A program made the translations under genes and the position numbers. From positions 1-40,019 of the forward strand of contig JANRJK010000047.1 in the NCBI GenBank assembly GCA_033764015.1: DNA of 40,019 bases, written 5' to 3'. Of the stretch, positions 36,690 to 40,019 are shown piece after piece. A model generated the notes under the pieces. It was given only the letters and a program-made list of their open reading frames with translations, was not told the origin of the DNA and searched no databases. Origin of the DNA: Candidatus Sumerlaeia bacterium. Lineage in GTDB: Bacteria > Sumerlaeota > Sumerlaeia > SLMS01 > JANRJK01. Positions within the stretch are counted from its first letter, which is position 1. Each line of letters opens with the position of its first letter.

Positions 36690-37913
36690 ATGCCCGCCTT
36701 CAGCTATGCCGCCAGAGCATCCAACGGCCAGACCGTCACCGGGACCCTCGAGGCCTCGGACCAGAACGCCGCGATCCGCCAACTGCGCGAGAAGGGCCTG
36801 ATCCCCACCACGGTCTCGGCCACCACTTCGGCCCCGACCAAGGCCAAGAAGCAGAAGGGCAAGGGCGGCGCTCCGAACCTCGAGGACCTCTGCGTCATGT
36901 CGCAGCAGATGTCCGTCATGATCCGCGCCGGCCTCCCCCTCATCGAGGTGCTCGACATCCTCGCGGAGCAGACCGAGCGCATCACGCTGCGCAACGCGCT
37001 CCGCCAGATCGAACGCGACGTCAACGCGGGCTCCTCCTTCACCGAGGCGCTCGAGAAGCACAAACACATCTTCAACCAGTTCTACATCTCGATGATCCGC
37101 GCCGGCGAAGCGTCCGGTATGCTCGACTCGATCCTCGACCAGGTGGCCAACTACCTCGAGCGCATCGCCTCGCTGCAGCGCAAGATCAAGTCCGCGGTCA
37201 TGTACCCGGCGACCGTGTCGACGGTCGCCATCGGCATCACCGTGTTCCTCCTGGTCAAGGTGGTGCCGGTGTTCGAGGACATCTTCGAGAGCCTCGGCGG
37301 CGACCTTCCGAAGCCGACGCAGATCACCCTGGCGATGTCGCGGTTCATCCAGTCGAAGTGGTACCTGCTGCTCGCGATCGTCATCGGCACGTTCTTCGGC
37401 ATCAAGTACTGGTACAAGACGCCGCACGGCCGCCTGGTGCTGGACGGCTTCTCGCTGAAGGCGCCGATCTTCGGACCGCTCTTCCTGAAGTCCGGCATCG
37501 CGAAGTTCACGCGCACCTTCGGCACGCTCATCCGCTCCGGCGTGAACATCCTCTACGCGCTCGACATCGTCGCAAAGACGGCGGGGAACGTCGTCATCGA
37601 GAACGCCGTCATCAAGACCAAGGCCGCGATCCAGCAGGGCGAGTCGATCACCAAACCGCTGATCGAGTCCGGCGTCTTCCCGGCGATGGTGACGCGCATG
37701 ATCGAGGTCGGCGAGCGCACCGGCGCGCTCGAGGCGATGCTCACGAAGATCGCGGACTTCTACGAGGACCAGGTGAACGCGATGGTGGCCGGCCTCACGT
37801 CGCTCATCGAACCGCTGCTCATCGTGTTCCTCGGCGTCGTCGTCGGCTTCATCGTGATTTCGATGTTCATGCCGATGTTCAAGATGATCGAACTGGTGTC
37901 GAAAAAAGGCTGA
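36690..37913 (+). CDS. pilC: Type IV pilus/T2SS inner-membrane platform protein (PilC/GspF)
   Basis: MPAFSYAA, QMSVMIRAGLPL, MIRAGEASGMLD, KIKSAVMYP, MIEVGERTGAL, SLIEP, MFMPMF. Confidence 0.93.
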   Translation: MPAFSYAARASNGQTVTGTLEASDQNAAIRQLREKGLIPTTVSATTSAPTKAKKQKGKGGAPNLEDLCVMSQQMSVMIRAGLPLIEVLDILAEQTERITLRNALRQIERDVNAGSSFTEALEKHKHIFNQFYISMIRAGEASGMLDSILDQVANYLERIASLQRKIKSAVMYPATVSTVAIGITVFLLVKVVPVFEDIFESLGGDLPKPTQITLAMSRFIQSKWYLLLAIVIGTFFGIKYWYKTPHGRLVLDGFSLKAPIFGPLFLKSGIAKFTRTFGTLIRSGVNILYALDIVAKTAGNVVIENAVIKTKAAIQQGESITKPLIESGVFPAMVTRMIEVGERTGALEAMLTKIADFYEDQVNAMVAGLTSLIEPLLIVFLGVVVGFIVISMFMPMFKMIELVSKKG

Positions 37914-37994
37914 TTGCCGGGCCGGGGCCGCGCGCGCACGCGCCGCGGCCCCCCGCCCCACCCCCAAAGGAACCGCGGAGGCTCGCGAAACCAC

Positions 37995-39020
37995 ATGGTC
38001 GATCCCGCCGTCGAGCGGCGCTTCGCCGACTGCTCAGAACTCGTCGATGCGTGGCGCTCCTTCCTCGAGCACCTCACGCTCGCGCTGCGCACGCCCGACT
38101 CGATCACCCCGACCGCCGAGCAGAACTTCCTCGCCGTCAAGGCCCGCGTCGCCATGCTCCACGACTCCTTCATGGATTCCCTCGAGCGCGACAAGCAGAC
38201 CGGCGCGAACATGCTCCAGCTCGTGAACCGCGCCATCACGCTGCGGCACCTCGCGAAGCTCGGCGCCGCGGACAGCAAGAAGATGGAAATCGAGTGGCAC
38301 GAGATCTACCTGCTGCTCAGCGACACGGTCACCTCCCTCGAGGAGGAGCGCGTGCGCCTCGCCGGGATCAGCGCCGGGCAGGTGCGCGCGGCGAAGATGA
38401 AGGAGGCCCTGTTCACCTCCATCTCCCGCTTCGTCAAGGGGCCCGCCTTCAAGGCGCTCATCGGCCTCGGCGTCATCTTCGGCCTCTTCGCTTCCCTCTT
38501 CATCTTCCAGGATTTCTTCCGCACTCAGAAGTGGTCCAAGGACCACTACGCCAAGCTGATGACCCTCAGCCGCAACCACCTCGGCATGGGCACCCCGTAC
38601 AAGGACGCCGAGGAGTTCGTCCTCGCCGCCTTCGGCCCCGAGGTCGAGAAGCCCGCCGGCGTCCTTGAGTGGAACCGCAGCGGCCTCGACCTCGGCCAGC
38701 TCGCCAACTTCCTGGGCCAGCGCCTGACCGACGGCGGAACGCTCCGCGACCGGATCAACAACGCCAAGAACGCCACCGGCGCCGTGTACGACGTCGTCTC
38801 GTCGCAGCGCAAGGTCGTGAACGTCGGCATGGTCGCCTTCTTCAACGAAGGGGAAGCGATCATGTTCGAGCAGGAGATGCGCGGGAAGGTCGCCGCCGAG
38901 GCGGACTCGAAGTTCGACGTCTCGCGCAAGGTCAACGTCGCCCTGGTCCTCCACGGCGACGACCGCGAGGTCCGCGACATGGTGCGGCGCGAGGTCCTGC
39001 AGCGCGTCAAGCCGTTCTGA
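37995..39020 (+). CDS. Hypothetical single-pass membrane protein
   Basis: GGAGG precedes ATG 37995; helical N-domain, TM ALIGLGVIFGLFASLFIF, soluble C-domain; host-like codon usage. Confidence 0.75.
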   Translation: MVDPAVERRFADCSELVDAWRSFLEHLTLALRTPDSITPTAEQNFLAVKARVAMLHDSFMDSLERDKQTGANMLQLVNRAITLRHLAKLGAADSKKMEIEWHEIYLLLSDTVTSLEEERVRLAGISAGQVRAAKMKEALFTSISRFVKGPAFKALIGLGVIFGLFASLFIFQDFFRTQKWSKDHYAKLMTLSRNHLGMGTPYKDAEEFVLAAFGPEVEKPAGVLEWNRSGLDLGQLANFLGQRLTDGGTLRDRINNAKNATGAVYDVVSSQRKVVNVGMVAFFNEGEAIMFEQEMRGKVAAEADSKFDVSRKVNVALVLHGDDREVRDMVRREVLQRVKPF

Positions 39021-39039
39021 CGCCCCCGGCAGGCGCGCC

Positions 39040-40019
39040 GTGAACGCCGCCCCGGCGGAGCGCGTCCGCGCTTGGCTCCACATCCTGCTCTGCGGCGCGG
39101 GCAGCCGCTTCGCCCTCGCCGCGGCCCGCTCCGCGCACGCCCCCGAGCACTGGCTGTCCGCCAGCGACGCGGAGCTCGGGCGCTCCCTCCGCGCGACCGC
39201 GGCGGAAACCGCCGCGCTCCGCGACCCCGCCGCCGCCGCGAAGGCGCGGGAGGCCCACGCCGCCTTCGACCGCTTCGGCATGGCGCTGCTCTCCGTCGCG
39301 GACCCCGAGTATCCTTCCGCGCTCGCCGCGACGCGGCACCCTCCCGCGGTGCTCTTCGTCCGGGGCGACCTCTCGCCGGACGACCGCCTCGCCGTGGGCC
39401 TTGTGGGATCGCGCGCCGCCTCGAACGGCGGGATGTCGATGGCGCGGTCGCTGTCCGCGGAGCTGGCGCCTTGCCTGACCATCATCAGCGGCATGGCGCT
39501 CGGCATCGACTCCGCCGCGCACGCCGCCGCGCTCGAAGCGGGGGGGCGCACCATCGCCGTGGCGGGCTGCGGCCTCGATGTCGACTATCCCGCGGGGAAC
39601 CGCGAGCTGCGTCGCCACCTCGTGCGCTCCGGTCAGGGCGCCATGGTGAGCCCCTTCCCGCCCGGCACCCCGCCGCGGCGCGAGCAGTTCCCCTGGCGCA
39701 ACCGCGTCCTCGCCGGCCTGTCGCTCGCCGTCGTGGTCGTGGAGGCGGCCGAGCGGAGCGGCGCCCTCAGCACCGCCGCCGCCGCCCTCGAGGAGGGGCG
39801 CGATGTCTTCGCCGTCCCTGGCGACCCGTCTCACCCCGGGGCGAAGGGCTGCAACGAACTGCTCCGCGCCGGCGCCGGCGTGTGCACCTCGGGCGCCGAT
39901 GTGCTGCGCGAACTCGAAGACCGCCTGCGCTCGGAGCTCGCGCTGCGCCGCCGCGCCGCCCCCGGCCCGGTCCCCGAGGCCCCCCGCGCCGCCGAGCCCC
40001 GCGCCCCGAAGCCGGCCCC
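39040..40019 (+). CDS. dprA: DNA-processing protein DprA (runs off the window end)
   Basis: Hand translation (absent from the track): DPEYPSAL...PPAVLFVRG, VGLVGSR, IISGMALGIDSAAH, TIAVAGCGLDVDYP, FPWRNRVLAGLS, VVVVEAAERSGAL, GRDVFAVPG. Confidence 0.95.
   Translation, partial: MNAAPAERVRAWLHILLCGAGSRFALAAARSAHAPEHWLSASDAELGRSLRATAAETAALRDPAAAAKAREAHAAFDRFGMALLSVADPEYPSALAATRHPPAVLFVRGDLSPDDRLAVGLVGSRAASNGGMSMARSLSAELAPCLTIISGMALGIDSAAHAAALEAGGRTIAVAGCGLDVDYPAGNRELRRHLVRSGQGAMVSPFPPGTPPRREQFPWRNRVLAGLSLAVVVVEAAERSGALSTAAAALEEGRDVFAVPGDPSHPGAKGCNELLRAGAGVCTSGADVLRELEDRLRSELALRRRAAPGPVPEAPRAAEPRAPKPA

Noticed and set aside
1..40019. CRISPR array, tRNA, rRNA or intact IS element
   Set aside because: No regularly spaced repeats, cloverleaf or rRNA-like tracts, or transposase motifs were seen; intergenic gaps are short.

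Overview
GC-rich (roughly 70%+) bacterial chromosomal segment, probably from Candidatus Sumerlaeota/BRC1 or a related lineage. That taxonomy is inferred only from the 'SxGPD...YDPTNGxxSxGD' pilin-like family. Most of the window is housekeeping and envelope genes: pdp, rsmA, surE, lptB, nuoA-nuoB, pyrR, addB-addA, pilC, dprA (partial), several glycosyltransferases, three type IV pilin-like genes, an S8 protease and a large multi-beta-sandwich surface protein. Two low-GC accessory patches stand out. The first (1-2704) holds the 3' end of an RHS protein carrying a metzincin C-terminal domain, a candidate exported immunity gene, and a tyrosine-recombinase pseudogene abutting pdp. The second (~19490-20100) is an ORF whose first ~70 codons are a diverged copy of the same RHS pre-core linker (101/120 nt identical to positions 1-120), fused in frame to a miniature pilin-like domain. 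Other oddities are a putative circularly permuted P-domain inside the S8 protease, a DapA-like protein with no Schiff-base lysine, and a sigma-54-activator-like AAA domain lacking its catalytic and GAFTGA motifs. No rRNA, tRNA or CRISPR array was seen. All calls come from reading motifs by eye; no database searches were run.
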